Below, piece after piece: positions 1-10,011 of a stretch of DNA of 64,000 nucleotides. The DNA lies in assembly GCA_052143915.1 (NCBI GenBank), contig JBKQRS010000288.1, forward strand, positions 405-64,404, read 5' to 3'. How positions within the stretch are numbered: the first letter of the stretch is position 1; each line of letters begins with the position of its first letter. Both the position numbers and the translations under genes were made by a program. The notes beneath the pieces were generated by a model. It searched no databases. It had not been told where the DNA came from and saw only the letters and a program-made list of their open reading frames with translations. Origin of the DNA: Bradyrhizobium sp. (GTDB taxonomy: Bacteria > Pseudomonadota > Alphaproteobacteria > Rhizobiales > Xanthobacteraceae).

Positions 1-24
1 TTCTTCGCTTCGCTCGCAATGACG
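1..24. repeat. 3' tail of a REP-like palindromic repeat (…cgcttcgctcgcaatgac), truncated by the window edge
   Basis: Matches my recollection of the gtcattgcgagc…gctcgcaatgac REP-like family of rhizobia; only half is visible. Confidence 0.5.
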
Positions 25-29
25 CCGAG

Positions 30-470
30 GCATAACTTCGCGATCTCGCGACAGGTTTGTCCGAGTTTTGCCAGAAACCTCCCGCCCTCGATCAAGAGGG
101 CGCAGGGAATGCCGGGCGCCCGATGCGCCCGATAGCCGCGTGTGCAAGGATAGGAAGCGAAAAGCACACGCGTTAGTCAGGACACACCGGAATCGCCCGG
201 CATTCCCCGCGCAATGGTTTTACGGCTTATACGTGCTCTCCCCGGGGACCGGGCTTGTTTGCCCCCGTCATCAGCGGAATTGCTTCCACCAACTTGATGC
301 CAGCGTCGGGGCATCAGGACCACACGACTTCGCCGTCCGCTCGTGAAGCGCCCTCGTCAGAAGCGCCACTCGCGTCCACCGCATCCCACCCCAACGTTCG
401 TGACGATCGCGAAACGCCCCTCTATCGGGACAGGATGGCAGGAATATCGATGTGATTTGGGTTGGCGGCG
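30..470. repeat. ~400-bp structured dispersed intergenic repeat (Bradyrhizobiaceae type; MITE or ncRNA-like)
   Basis: 18/19-bp inverted repeat at 100-118 and 194-212, hairpin at 293-318, only shadow ORFs; I recognise the sequence as multicopy in Bradyrhizobium (from memory). Confidence 0.6.
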
Positions 471-866
471 AAGCGGAATATTTTTTCAAACAGGACTGGA
501 CTGGGCAAATCAGATTGAAATGCTTCAACAAATTAGGTTTTACGCGCAAAGCGCTGGGGGACCGGATTTCACTGCGCTAGGGGCTAGCGGCTATAAATCA
601 TGGACATTGGACAAGAAGTAAAAGCTGCCTAAGCTGTGGTACCAGGCGCTGACGCAGCAAATCCCTGACATGGCGGGTGGACCTGACGATGTCTGCTCTT
701 TGTTGGGCATGGGCACGTCGATGAGATAGCCGTCAGACCAAACAGATTGATCTAGCACAAAGACTCGCATCGCGGGATCGATACTGAAATCAAGACCGGT
801 ATAGCGGCAACATCGCTTTTCGGGCCGGTCTGGCGTGCACGTCTTCGACACCATAGGAGTCTTCAG

Positions 867-2411
867 ATGAATGGGGCTCAATCATTAATTCAAACCCTGG
901 TCAATTGCGGTGTCGATGTCTGTTTTGCCAACCCTGGTACCTCTGAAATGCATCTGGTTGCAGCCCTCGACGTCATTAAGGGGCTGCGGCCGGTGCTTTG
1001 TCTTTTTGAAGGTGTAGCAACTGGTGCTGCTGATGGTTACGGCCGCGTTGCGGGCAAACCCGCTGTGACACTGCTGCATCTGGGGCCGGGCCTGGCTAAC
1101 GGCCTTGCCAACCTGCACAACGCCCGCCGCGCGGCGACACCGATCGTCAATATCGTCGGCGACCACGCCACCTATCACCTGCAATATGATGCATTGTTGA
1201 CGTCCGATATCGCTGGCTTCGCTCGTCCCGTATCGAATTGGGTCCATGAAACCAGGAGCGCAAAACTCGTGGCAAGCGATACAGCGAGGGCATTGCAGGC
1301 GGCGCGCTCCGCGCCAGGCGGCATCGCTACGTTGATACTGTCTGCTGACGCAGCCTGGAATCCGGCCGAGCGTGCCGCGGAGCCATTACCCGATATCGGC
1401 CCCGCCATCGTGAGCTCGGGTTCGATCGAAGACACCGCCAAGCTGATATCCACCGGCAAGAAGACGGCGATGTTATTGCGAGGCCGCGCCTTGATCGGTG
1501 AGGCACTGGAGGCGGCCGGGCGTATTCATGCCAAAACCGGAGTGCGACTGCTGTGTGATACCTTCGCACCGCATTCCGAGATGGGTGCCGGTCGCATACC
1601 GGTGGAGCGGCTTCCCTACTTCGGCGAACAGGTCGCCGCATTTCTTGCGGGAACACAGCAAATGATCATGGTTGGCAGTACGCCACCCGTGTCGTTCTTT
1701 GCCTATCCGGGCAAACCGAGCTGGTGTGTGCCCGACATATGCGAGTTGATTTACCTCGCGCACCCGCATGAGGACAGCGTCGCCGCATTGCAGAACCTTG
1801 CCGACGCCCTGGAAGCGCCGCAGGAGGCCTCGCTCCGTGTCTCGCTGCAGCTGCCCGGGCTGCCAACCGGCTCGCTGAATCCGCTCAGTGTCGCCCAGAT
1901 TATTGCACAACTGACTCCGGATCATGCGATCTACGCGGACGAATCAAACACATCGAGCCTGCCGCTGTTGATGACTCTGGCGCGCGCGCGTCCGCACACA
2001 CATTTGCCGCTGGCAGGCGGCTCTATCGGTCAGGGTCTTCCGCTGGCTGTTGGAGCGGCTCTGGCTGCTCCAGATCGCAAGGTCGTCTGCCCGCACGGTG
2101 ACGGTGGAGCTGCCTACACGATGCAAGCGCTATGGACCATGGCGCGCGAAAACCTGGATGTGACCACCGTCATCTACGCTAATCGCTCCTACGCCATTCT
2201 CAACTATGAACTGCACCGCGTGGGCGTAGCTGCGGTCGGAGAAAATGCGCGATCGATGCTTGATTTACACAATCCGGAAATGAACTGGATGCAGATCGCA
2301 AGCGGCCTCGGAGTGGAAGCCAGCCGCGCCACGACGGCTGAAGAGTTCGCAGCGCAATACGAATCGGCGATGAAGCACAGGGGACCGCGCCTGATCGAGG
2401 CCATGATTTGA
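867..2411 (+). CDS. Thiamine-diphosphate enzyme, acetolactate synthase large subunit/benzoylformate decarboxylase-like
   Basis: N-terminal FANPGTSEMH, catalytic LFE, TPP-binding GDG…N motif (HGDGGAAYT…IYANRSY); RBS aggag. Confidence 0.85.
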   Translation: MNGAQSLIQTLVNCGVDVCFANPGTSEMHLVAALDVIKGLRPVLCLFEGVATGAADGYGRVAGKPAVTLLHLGPGLANGLANLHNARRAATPIVNIVGDHATYHLQYDALLTSDIAGFARPVSNWVHETRSAKLVASDTARALQAARSAPGGIATLILSADAAWNPAERAAEPLPDIGPAIVSSGSIEDTAKLISTGKKTAMLLRGRALIGEALEAAGRIHAKTGVRLLCDTFAPHSEMGAGRIPVERLPYFGEQVAAFLAGTQQMIMVGSTPPVSFFAYPGKPSWCVPDICELIYLAHPHEDSVAALQNLADALEAPQEASLRVSLQLPGLPTGSLNPLSVAQIIAQLTPDHAIYADESNTSSLPLLMTLARARPHTHLPLAGGSIGQGLPLAVGAALAAPDRKVVCPHGDGGAAYTMQALWTMARENLDVTTVIYANRSYAILNYELHRVGVAAVGENARSMLDLHNPEMNWMQIASGLGVEASRATTAEEFAAQYESAMKHRGPRLIEAMI

Positions 2412-2422
2412 GGAGATCGGCC

Positions 2423-3799
2423 GTGGGCACAATCGATGCGCTTCGGGCTATTGTTGGCGAAACGGGAGTGTTGAGTGCGGCCGACATCGCAACGCGATCG
2501 GCTGGTTTTTTGCGCCCGGATACGCTCAAGGCGCGGGCTCTTGTGCGCCCAAAGGACACGGAGGAGGTTTCGAAGGTAGTTCGCTGGTGCCATGACAACG
2601 GCATGCGAATCGTGACCCACGGCGGTCTGACAGGCCTTGTGCATGGGGCCGATGCGTCGCCTGAAGAAGTCATCCTATCGATGGAACGGATGCGCGCCAT
2701 CGAAGCGATCGACCAGGTTCAGCGTGTCGCCGTAGTGCAGGCAGGGGTCACCCTGCAGGCGCTACAGGAAGCAGTCGAGCAACACGATTTGATCTTTCCG
2801 CTCGACCTCGGTGCGCGCGGAACCGCGACCCTTGGTGGCAACGCCGCGACAAATGCCGGCGGCAATCGCGTGATCCGCTTCGGCATGATGCGCGACATGA
2901 CCCTGGGCCTTGAGGTCGTATTGGCCGATGGCACCGTCATCTCGTCGATGAACCGCCTCATCAAGAATAACGCAGGTTATGATATCAAGCACTTGTTCGT
3001 CGGGTCGGAGGGCACGCTGGGGATCATTACGCGACTCGTGCTGCGACTACGTGAAAAGCCGCGGTCGCAAGATGTGGCAATTGCAGCGGTGCCAACTTTC
3101 GAGGCGCTGACGAAACTGCTCAAGCATATCGACAGCGCTTTGGGCGGGTCACTTTCGGCATTTGAGGTGATGTGGCAATCTTTCTATCGCTTGGTGACAA
3201 ATCCGCCGGCCAGGGGCAAAGGACCACTGGGTCAGGACTATCCGTATTACGTTCTGATTGAAAGCCTTGGCGCCAATGCCAAGCTCGATTCGGAGCGATT
3301 CGTTGCAGCGCTCGAATCGGCGCTTGAAGCAAAGTTGATTTGCGACGCGGCGGTGGCGCAGTCCGAGAGTGACCGGCGTGCTTTCTGGTCGCTGCGCGAT
3401 GACGTGGTGCAAGTCATGATTGGCGGCATGCCGGTTGTATTCGACGTATCTTTGCCGCTTGGTGCAATGGAACAGTACGTCAAGGACTTGAGGAAGAATC
3501 TGGAGGCCGGGATCGGCGAACACAAACTCTGGATCTTTGGTCATCTAGGAGACGGAAATCTGCATGTGATTGTTCAGGTCCAGCCCGAGAACTTTGCGGC
3601 GTTGCGGCCAAAGATCGAAGCTTTCGTTTATGGTCCACTCGGCAATTTAGGCGGATCGATTTCGGCAGAACATGGAATTGGATTGGAGAAGAAACCATAT
3701 CTGTCGGTATGCCGAAGCGAAGGCGAAGTTGCATTGATGCGCGCTCTCAAGGCTGCACTCGATCCGGAAGGGATTCTGAATACTGGAAAGATCTTCTGA
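2423..3799 (+). CDS. FAD-linked oxidase, D-2-hydroxyacid dehydrogenase (GlcD/D2HGDH-like)
   Basis: GGNAATNAGG, GSEGTLGIIT, GHLGDGNLH, SAEHGIG, LDPEGILN; GTG start after aggag. Confidence 0.85.
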   Translation: MGTIDALRAIVGETGVLSAADIATRSAGFLRPDTLKARALVRPKDTEEVSKVVRWCHDNGMRIVTHGGLTGLVHGADASPEEVILSMERMRAIEAIDQVQRVAVVQAGVTLQALQEAVEQHDLIFPLDLGARGTATLGGNAATNAGGNRVIRFGMMRDMTLGLEVVLADGTVISSMNRLIKNNAGYDIKHLFVGSEGTLGIITRLVLRLREKPRSQDVAIAAVPTFEALTKLLKHIDSALGGSLSAFEVMWQSFYRLVTNPPARGKGPLGQDYPYYVLIESLGANAKLDSERFVAALESALEAKLICDAAVAQSESDRRAFWSLRDDVVQVMIGGMPVVFDVSLPLGAMEQYVKDLRKNLEAGIGEHKLWIFGHLGDGNLHVIVQVQPENFAALRPKIEAFVYGPLGNLGGSISAEHGIGLEKKPYLSVCRSEGEVALMRALKAALDPEGILNTGKIF

Positions 3800-3884
3800 C
3801 AGTTGGAACCCAGGTCAAGGAAAACGTGTCCCCCTCGCTTTCTTGTCCTCGCCTGCGAGGTGATCAAATAGCAACGAACGTGGG

Positions 3885-3990
3885 CTCTTGACGCCTTTGA
3901 GACACGCCGACCCCTCTGACGAACGTCGGCTATTAGGGGGATAAGCGGAAGTCACTCGGACATCGCCAAGTCGACGCGGATGAGCTGTAC
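3885..3990. repeat. Degenerate short palindromic intergenic element (GTCcGCT…AGCGGAaGT type)
   Basis: gccgac/gtcggc inverted repeat at 3906-3930 followed by tattagggggataagcggaagt; resembles a recurrent alphaproteobacterial intergenic motif (from memory). Confidence 0.4.
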
Positions 3991-4084
3991 GGAGGAGTTG
4001 ACTTGCCTTGAAAGTCGGACCGAGAGAGGGTTGCGATGGCGGCTGTCTCGGAAATTGCAGATAGAAAAAAGCGGGGAGCAGGCC

Positions 4085-5683
4085 ATGAACGGTGCGAGGC
4101 TAAAACATTACGGCTGGGGCCGCGAAGGCGAAGGCATGACTGCCGCGGAGCAGGCGTTCGTGCTGGACCGCTACCGCGTAAAGTTTGCGCGCGACGCATT
4201 CGAGACAATAGCCGTGCCGCGCCTCGAGGACCTGGCACTGCGCGCGCCGCGCGTGGATCTGCCAGCTTCCCTTGCCGCTTTCTGCACCAGCGAACGCTAC
4301 GACCGCGCGGCGCACGCCTACGGCAAATCCTTCCCGGATTATGTGCGCGCCATGCTCGGCGACTACGATAGCGCGCCCGACATTGTCGCATATCCCCGCA
4401 ACGAAGCGGAGATTTCCGCTGTAATGGATTGGGCCGGCAGTGTCAGCGCCTCGTTAACGCCATTCGGAGGCGGGTCGAGCGTCTGCGGCGGTGTCGAGCC
4501 GCGAGTAGACGGCGTTCGCTACAAGGCAAGTGTCACACTCGACCTACGCAATCTCGGTAAAGTTGTCGAGGTGGACCGGATATCGCGCGCCGCGCTGATC
4601 GAAGGGGGCGCCTATGGTCCATCGCTGGAAAATCAACTCAGACCGCATGGCCTCACGCTGCGGCATTTTCCGCAGAGTTTCGAATATTCAACCCTGGGCG
4701 GCTGGATTGCGACGCGATCGGGCGGCCATTTCGCCAGTCTTTATACGCATATTGACGATTTTGTCGAAAGCTTGCGTGTTGTAACCCCGCGCGGCGTGCT
4801 GGAAACGCGCCGCTTGCCGGGATCTGGCGCTGGACCGAGCCCCGATCGCATGTTCATAGGGTCGGAAGGAACGCTCGGCGTGATTTCGCGCGCCTGGATG
4901 CGATTGCAGCCACGTCCGAAATTCCGTGCCGGCGCGTCGGTTCGTTTCCATTCGTTCTTCGGTGCGGCAAGCGCGCTGCGCGCCATCGCGCAGGCCGGCC
5001 TCTTTCCATCGAACTGCCGCATCCTTGACGCGCAAGAAGCATTCAACACCGGTGCGGCCGACGGCAGCGTCGCGATCATGGTGCTCGGCTTTGAATCCGG
5101 CGACCATTCGCCGGATGCCTGGATGGCACGCGCGCTCGAATGCTGCGCCGACCTTGGCGGAACGCCGGAGGCCGCAAAAGCTGGCGATGCACATCGCGAA
5201 GGCGCGGCAGGAATTTGGCGCAACGCATTTATTCGCATGCCCTATGCGCGCGAATTCTTGACACCGGCCGGTCTCATCAACGACACTTTTGAAACCGCTA
5301 TCACCTGGGATCGGTTCGAAGGCCTCCACGAGAAAGTAAAGGCGGCAACGGAGCGCGCGATCCTCGAGGCGACCGGCGTGAAAGGAGAGGTCACATGCCG
5401 CTTCACCCATGTCTATCCGGATGGGCCCGCGCCCTATTTTTCTTTCCACGCACTCGGGCGCCACGGTGCTCTTCTGGAGCAATGGCAGGCGATCAAGAAC
5501 GCGGCCAGCGACGCGCTGATTGAGGCCGGTGGTACGATCACGCATCATCACGCGGTCGGCCGTGATCATCGGCCTTGGTACGATCGTCAGCGCCCGGAGC
5601 TTTTCGCGGCCGCACTTCGGGCAGCAAAAAGAGAACTCGATCCGCAAGGCATGCTCAACCCTGGAGTTCTCATCGATCCGTAG
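4085..5683 (+). CDS. FAD-binding oxidoreductase, alkyl-DHAP-synthase-like
   Basis: PFGGGSSV, RHFPQSFEYSTLGGW, GSEGTLG, THHHAVG; RBS ggag before ATG 4085. Confidence 0.85.
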   Translation: MNGARLKHYGWGREGEGMTAAEQAFVLDRYRVKFARDAFETIAVPRLEDLALRAPRVDLPASLAAFCTSERYDRAAHAYGKSFPDYVRAMLGDYDSAPDIVAYPRNEAEISAVMDWAGSVSASLTPFGGGSSVCGGVEPRVDGVRYKASVTLDLRNLGKVVEVDRISRAALIEGGAYGPSLENQLRPHGLTLRHFPQSFEYSTLGGWIATRSGGHFASLYTHIDDFVESLRVVTPRGVLETRRLPGSGAGPSPDRMFIGSEGTLGVISRAWMRLQPRPKFRAGASVRFHSFFGAASALRAIAQAGLFPSNCRILDAQEAFNTGAADGSVAIMVLGFESGDHSPDAWMARALECCADLGGTPEAAKAGDAHREGAAGIWRNAFIRMPYAREFLTPAGLINDTFETAITWDRFEGLHEKVKAATERAILEATGVKGEVTCRFTHVYPDGPAPYFSFHALGRHGALLEQWQAIKNAASDALIEAGGTITHHHAVGRDHRPWYDRQRPELFAAALRAAKRELDPQGMLNPGVLIDP

Positions 5684-5872
5684 AGCTGAGCGACGCGCCA
5701 GGCACCGAGCAGCCGACAGCCCGGCTCACCGACGCCTCGCGTGCGGTCAAACTGGTCGGTTTTTCGATTGTCGACACCGCGCGACTCATCGCATGGACGG
5801 CGGACTGGGTCGCCCGCTCGATGCCGAGCCTCGGCAAGCCCGCAATATGAGGTGCGCGATGGCCGATATCGA
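5680..5872 (+). pseudogene. 3' remnant of an NAD-dependent epimerase/dehydratase gene, frameshifted
   Basis: One frame reads …DTARLIAWTADWVARSMPSLGKP and the adjacent frame continues YEVRDGRY, like the LGKPTxF/YEVRDGxF/Y C-terminus I recall for epimerases that precede such GNAT genes; no 5' part present. Confidence 0.55.
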
Positions 5873-6683
5873 TCAGACTGCAATCGTTCAGCTGGGCCCC
5901 GACGACGCGCTCGCCGGCCTCGCCCTCTCAGCGGAGGCGCACTGGAACCAAAATGAGGCCGACTGGCGCTTCCTGCTCGCCAAAGGAACCGTGTTCGGCG
6001 TGCGCGATGCCGGCCGTCTGGTCGCTACCGCGGCGCTGCTGCCCTACACCTCCGAGAACGCCTGGATCAGCATGGTGCTGGTCACGGAAAGCCGGCGCCG
6101 ACGTGGTCTCGCCACCAGACTGGTCGATGCATGCATCGGTGCCGCGACCAAACTGGGCCTCACCGCCTGGCTTGATGCCACACCCGAAGGGGCTGCGGTC
6201 TACGGGCCACTGGGATTTACGCCGACGATCCAGTTGCGGCGGCTGCGTCTTGAGAAGGCGTCGACCTCGTCAGCCGCGACGCCGCTGCCTTCCGGTCAGC
6301 TCACCGAGTTCATGACCTGCGATATCAGCGCCATGGGGTTTAATCGCCGCGATTTGTTGGGCGAACTCGCGGGACGCCCGGGCTCGCGGCTGGTCTCGAA
6401 TGGCGACGCGATGGCGCTGGTCCGCGATGGCCGCACCGCCCGCCACATCGGCCCGCTGTTTGCGGAAGCGCCCACGCATGCGCTCGCCATGGTGCGTGAC
6501 ATTGTGGCGAGTGAGACCGGCCCTTGGCTGATCGACGCCGTCGCGGACCAGGAGGCATTTCTGAAAGGTTTGACGGCGATGGGCTGGACCATCGAGCGGC
6601 CGCATCAGCGCATGCGGTTCGGCCGCGCCCCCAGCCAGCCCGCGGAACTGCCGTTCGCCGTCGCCGGCCCCGAATATGGATAG
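5859..6683 (+). CDS. GNAT-family N-acetyltransferase
   Basis: ISMVLV…RRRGLATRL, LDATPEG…YGPLGF; RBS gaggtg. Confidence 0.85.
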   Translation: MADIDQTAIVQLGPDDALAGLALSAEAHWNQNEADWRFLLAKGTVFGVRDAGRLVATAALLPYTSENAWISMVLVTESRRRRGLATRLVDACIGAATKLGLTAWLDATPEGAAVYGPLGFTPTIQLRRLRLEKASTSSAATPLPSGQLTEFMTCDISAMGFNRRDLLGELAGRPGSRLVSNGDAMALVRDGRTARHIGPLFAEAPTHALAMVRDIVASETGPWLIDAVADQEAFLKGLTAMGWTIERPHQRMRFGRAPSQPAELPFAVAGPEYG

Positions 6684-6722
6684 GGGGCGGGCATACCGGC
6701 AAACCACGGCGCATCCACGCCG

Positions 6723-7439
6723 CTATAGCCCGAGATAGGCCGTGACCACGGCCGGGTCGGCATGAAGTTCGGCCGCGGTTCCCTGCAGCGTCACGCGGCC
6801 TGCTTCCAGCACATAGCCGCGCGTCGCCACATCGAGCGCGAGCTCGACGTTCTGCTCGACGAGCAGGATCGAGGTGCCCCGCTCGTGGATGGTCTTGAAG
6901 GCCTCATGCATCTCCTCGACCACTCTTGGCGCGAGGCCGTGGCTCGGCTCATCCAGCAGCAGCAGTCTTGGCCGCAGCATCAACGCGCGGCCGACCGCAA
7001 CCATCTGCTGTTCGCCGCCCGACAGCGTTCCCGCAATCTGCCGGAACCGCTCGCGCAGGCGCGGAAAAAGATCGAGCACGTCCCGGGTCCGCGCCGGCAG
7101 ATCGCCGGCCTTGCGGGCGGTGAAGGCTCCGAGCAGCAGATTTTCCTCAACCGTCATCTCCGGAAAGACCTGCCGTCCTTCGGGAACATGGGCGATGCCA
7201 AGGGCCGGGATTTCATGCGCAGCGCGCGCCACAAGATCGACGCCGCCGAAACGCAGGATCCCGCCCGACTTCGGGACGAGCCGCGAGATCGAACGCAGGA
7301 TCGTGCTCTTGCCCGCGGTGTTAGCCCCGATGATGCAGACGAACTCGCCTTGCGACACGGTCAGGTCGATACCGTGCAGCACCTCGGCCTCGCCGTAGCT
7401 GGCCCTCAACTGGCTGATTTCGAGTAGGGCCATACTCAT
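6723..7439 (-). CDS. Branched-chain amino acid-type ABC transporter ATPase (LivF-like)
   Basis: Walker A variant GANTAGKST, LSGGEQQM, LLLDEP; ATGA overlap with upstream gene. Confidence 0.9.
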   Translation of the reverse strand: MSMALLEISQLRASYGEAEVLHGIDLTVSQGEFVCIIGANTAGKSTILRSISRLVPKSGGILRFGGVDLVARAAHEIPALGIAHVPEGRQVFPEMTVEENLLLGAFTARKAGDLPARTRDVLDLFPRLRERFRQIAGTLSGGEQQMVAVGRALMLRPRLLLLDEPSHGLAPRVVEEMHEAFKTIHERGTSILLVEQNVELALDVATRGYVLEAGRVTLQGTAAELHADPAVVTAYLGL

Positions 7440-8164
7440 CGGCGCGCTGCCTCGCCCGATCGGCCGAGATAGGCCTCGATCACCCGCGGATCGCTGGCGA
7501 TCTCTTCGGGCGTGCCATCGGCCAGTAGCCGGCCAAAGTTGAGAACGAGAATGCGATCGCACACATTCATGATCGCGCGCATGTGGTGCTCGACAACAAG
7601 GAGTGTAACCCCATCGTCGCGCAGCGAACGGATCAACTGCATGATCTCGCCCATCTCGGCGTGATTGAGCGCCGCCATCACCTCGTCCAGCAGCAACACC
7701 TTCGGCGCGGTGCATAGCGCGCGCGCCAGCTCGACCCGGGCACGCTCCGGAAAAGACAGGTTGCCGGCCTCTTTGTGCGCCACGGCGCGCAGGCCGACGC
7801 GCTCAAGACAGCCGAGTGCCTCGCGCCGCGCGGCGTCGACGCCGTGGCGCAGAAGGCCCGCGGTCAGGACGTTGTCCAGCACCGAACTCTCCGCGAACAA
7901 CGCGACGTTCTGGAACGTCTTGGTCATGCCGAGGCCCGCCACCGTGTGCGGCCTCAAGCCCGCAAGGTCCTTGCCATCCAGCGCCACGCTGCCAGCGTCG
8001 GGACGGATGAGTCCCACCAGGGTGCTGAACAACGTCGTCTTGCCGGCGCCGTTCGGGCCGATCACGCCGACGATCTCGCCCTTGTTGACCGAAAACGTCA
8101 CGCCCGACAGCGCCTGCAGGCCGCCAAACCGGCGCGATACGGCACGGACGTCGAGGATCGTCAT
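7436..8164 (-). CDS. ABC transporter ATPase (LivG-like)
   Basis: GPNGAGKTT, LLLDEVMA, VEHHM, VIEAYLG. Confidence 0.9.
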   Translation of the reverse strand: MTILDVRAVSRRFGGLQALSGVTFSVNKGEIVGVIGPNGAGKTTLFSTLVGLIRPDAGSVALDGKDLAGLRPHTVAGLGMTKTFQNVALFAESSVLDNVLTAGLLRHGVDAARREALGCLERVGLRAVAHKEAGNLSFPERARVELARALCTAPKVLLLDEVMAALNHAEMGEIMQLIRSLRDDGVTLLVVEHHMRAIMNVCDRILVLNFGRLLADGTPEEIASDPRVIEAYLGRSGEAARR

Positions 8165-9132
8165 GGCGCCACCGTGCGCGACAGCCGCGCCCGCAATGGG
8201 CCGAAAAGGGTAATGAAGCCGCGCGGCTGCCACAGGATGACCGCGATCAGGATGACGCCGAAGACAAGCTGCGACAGGCCGGCCGCGCGCGACGACAACA
8301 GATCGTTCATGATCTCTTCCAGCGGAATGATGAAGAACGCGCCAAGGATCGGCCCCGCCGCGGTTCCGACCCCGCCGATGATCGCGATCAGCGCGATGCG
8401 GATCGAGATGCTCGCGATGCCAAACACCGTGTCGGGGTCGAAGAACACCGCGACCTGGGCATAGAGCGTTCCGAGCATCGCGATCAGGGTGCCGGAAATC
8501 ACCGCGGCCTGGAGCTTGACCCGCGTCGTATCGACCCCGATGACTTCGGCGGCCGCGACGTTCTGCTTGATCGCGCGCAACCGGTATCCCATCGCGCTAC
8601 GCCGGATGCCCTCGAAGATAGCCGTTACCACCACCAGCGCGGCCAAAGCGATGTAGGCGTGCGGCCGCAGCAGCTTGAACGAATAGGCGGCGAAACTCGG
8701 CGGCACGAATGGCACCGACAATCCGCCCGGACCGCCAGTCAGCGAGGTCCACACATTCGCGATCACGCGCATCACCTCGCCGAAGGCAAGCGTCGCCAGC
8801 GCGAAATAATGACCCTGCAGCCGCATGGTCGGGATCGCGATGACAAAGGCCGCCAATCCGCCAAGCGCGCCTCCCGCCAGCATGCCGAGCCACGGGCTGA
8901 TACCGAACTTGAGCAACAGCACGGTGGAGGTATAGGCGCCGATGCCGAAGAACGCGGCGTGTCCGAGCGAGGTCTGGTTGGCGAGGCCACCGACGATATT
9001 CCAGGCCTGCGCCATGGCGGCAAACAGCAGCGTGAAGGTGAGGACGCGAATCCAGTATCCGCGCGGATCAAGCAAGAGCGGCAGCAGTGCTGCCGCGGCG
9101 ATCACGATGCCAAGCGCGATCCGGCCTTTCAT
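8161..9132 (-). CDS. ABC transporter permease (LivM-like)
   Basis: SLGHAAFFGIGAY, YFALATLAFGE; hydrophobic; ATGA coupling. Confidence 0.9.
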   Translation of the reverse strand: MKGRIALGIVIAAAALLPLLLDPRGYWIRVLTFTLLFAAMAQAWNIVGGLANQTSLGHAAFFGIGAYTSTVLLLKFGISPWLGMLAGGALGGLAAFVIAIPTMRLQGHYFALATLAFGEVMRVIANVWTSLTGGPGGLSVPFVPPSFAAYSFKLLRPHAYIALAALVVVTAIFEGIRRSAMGYRLRAIKQNVAAAEVIGVDTTRVKLQAAVISGTLIAMLGTLYAQVAVFFDPDTVFGIASISIRIALIAIIGGVGTAAGPILGAFFIIPLEEIMNDLLSSRAAGLSQLVFGVILIAVILWQPRGFITLFGPLRARLSRTVAP

Positions 9133-9989
9133 CGGCTCGCTCCGATCAGACCTTGCGGGCGAACCGCGAGCACAAGGATGAAGACGATGAACAGCACGAG
9201 ATTCTGCAGCTGGATCGGAAAGAACAGCGACGACAGCGCCTGGATCACGCCGACAGCCAGTCCGCCGACGACCGCGCCGGCGACGCTGCCAAGCCCGCCC
9301 AATACGACGACGGTGAACATCAGCACCACGAACTGGCCGCCGACGCCGGGAAACACCGTCACGTAGGGCAGGATGACAGCGCCGCCAAAGGCCGTCAGGC
9401 CGACACCGAGCGCAAAAGCCATCTTGTACATCAGCCCGGTATCGACGCCCATCAGCTTTGCGGCCACCGGATTTTGCGCGGTCGCCCGCATCGCGCGGCC
9501 GAACCAGCTTGCGCGCATGAACCACCACAGCGCAACACCGCAGGCCAGCGACATCGCAAACGCGATCAGGTAGGGAACGCTGATGAACAGCGGACCCAGC
9601 GACAGCGACATGGTTTGATAGGATGTCGTGACCGAACGGAACTGCGAGCCGAACAGCAACAGCGATCCGTTTTCGATGACGATCAAGATGCCGACCGTCA
9701 GAAATATCTGCGCGACCGATGGCGCCGCCAGAACCCGTGCGATCAACTGCCCCTGCACCACCCAGCCGATCGCGAACGCGACCGCAAAGGACAATGGCGC
9801 GGCAAGAACCGGGTCGAGCCCGAGAAAGGCCCAGGCGAACCAGGCGGTGAACATTCCGATGGTGAGAAATTCGGCCTGCGCGAAGTTCACGATGCCCATC
9901 ACGCCGTAGACCAGCGTCAGCCCGATCGAAATCACCGCATAGACGCCGCCGATCAGGAGCCCGTCGAGAATGGCCTGGAGCAAGGACAC
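9129..9989 (-). CDS. ABC transporter permease (LivH-like)
   Basis: GLTLVYGVMGIVNFAQ, VVVLGGLGS. Confidence 0.9.
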   Translation of the reverse strand: MSLLQAILDGLLIGGVYAVISIGLTLVYGVMGIVNFAQAEFLTIGMFTAWFAWAFLGLDPVLAAPLSFAVAFAIGWVVQGQLIARVLAAPSVAQIFLTVGILIVIENGSLLLFGSQFRSVTTSYQTMSLSLGPLFISVPYLIAFAMSLACGVALWWFMRASWFGRAMRATAQNPVAAKLMGVDTGLMYKMAFALGVGLTAFGGAVILPYVTVFPGVGGQFVVLMFTVVVLGGLGSVAGAVVGGLAVGVIQALSSLFFPIQLQNLVLFIVFILVLAVRPQGLIGASR

Positions 9990-10011
9990 GTCTATTCGCG
10001 CCGGCCGCCGA

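Noticed and set aside
68-621. Several 66-92 aa ORFs
   Set aside because: They fall in the structured repeat on both strands and are likely spurious translations.
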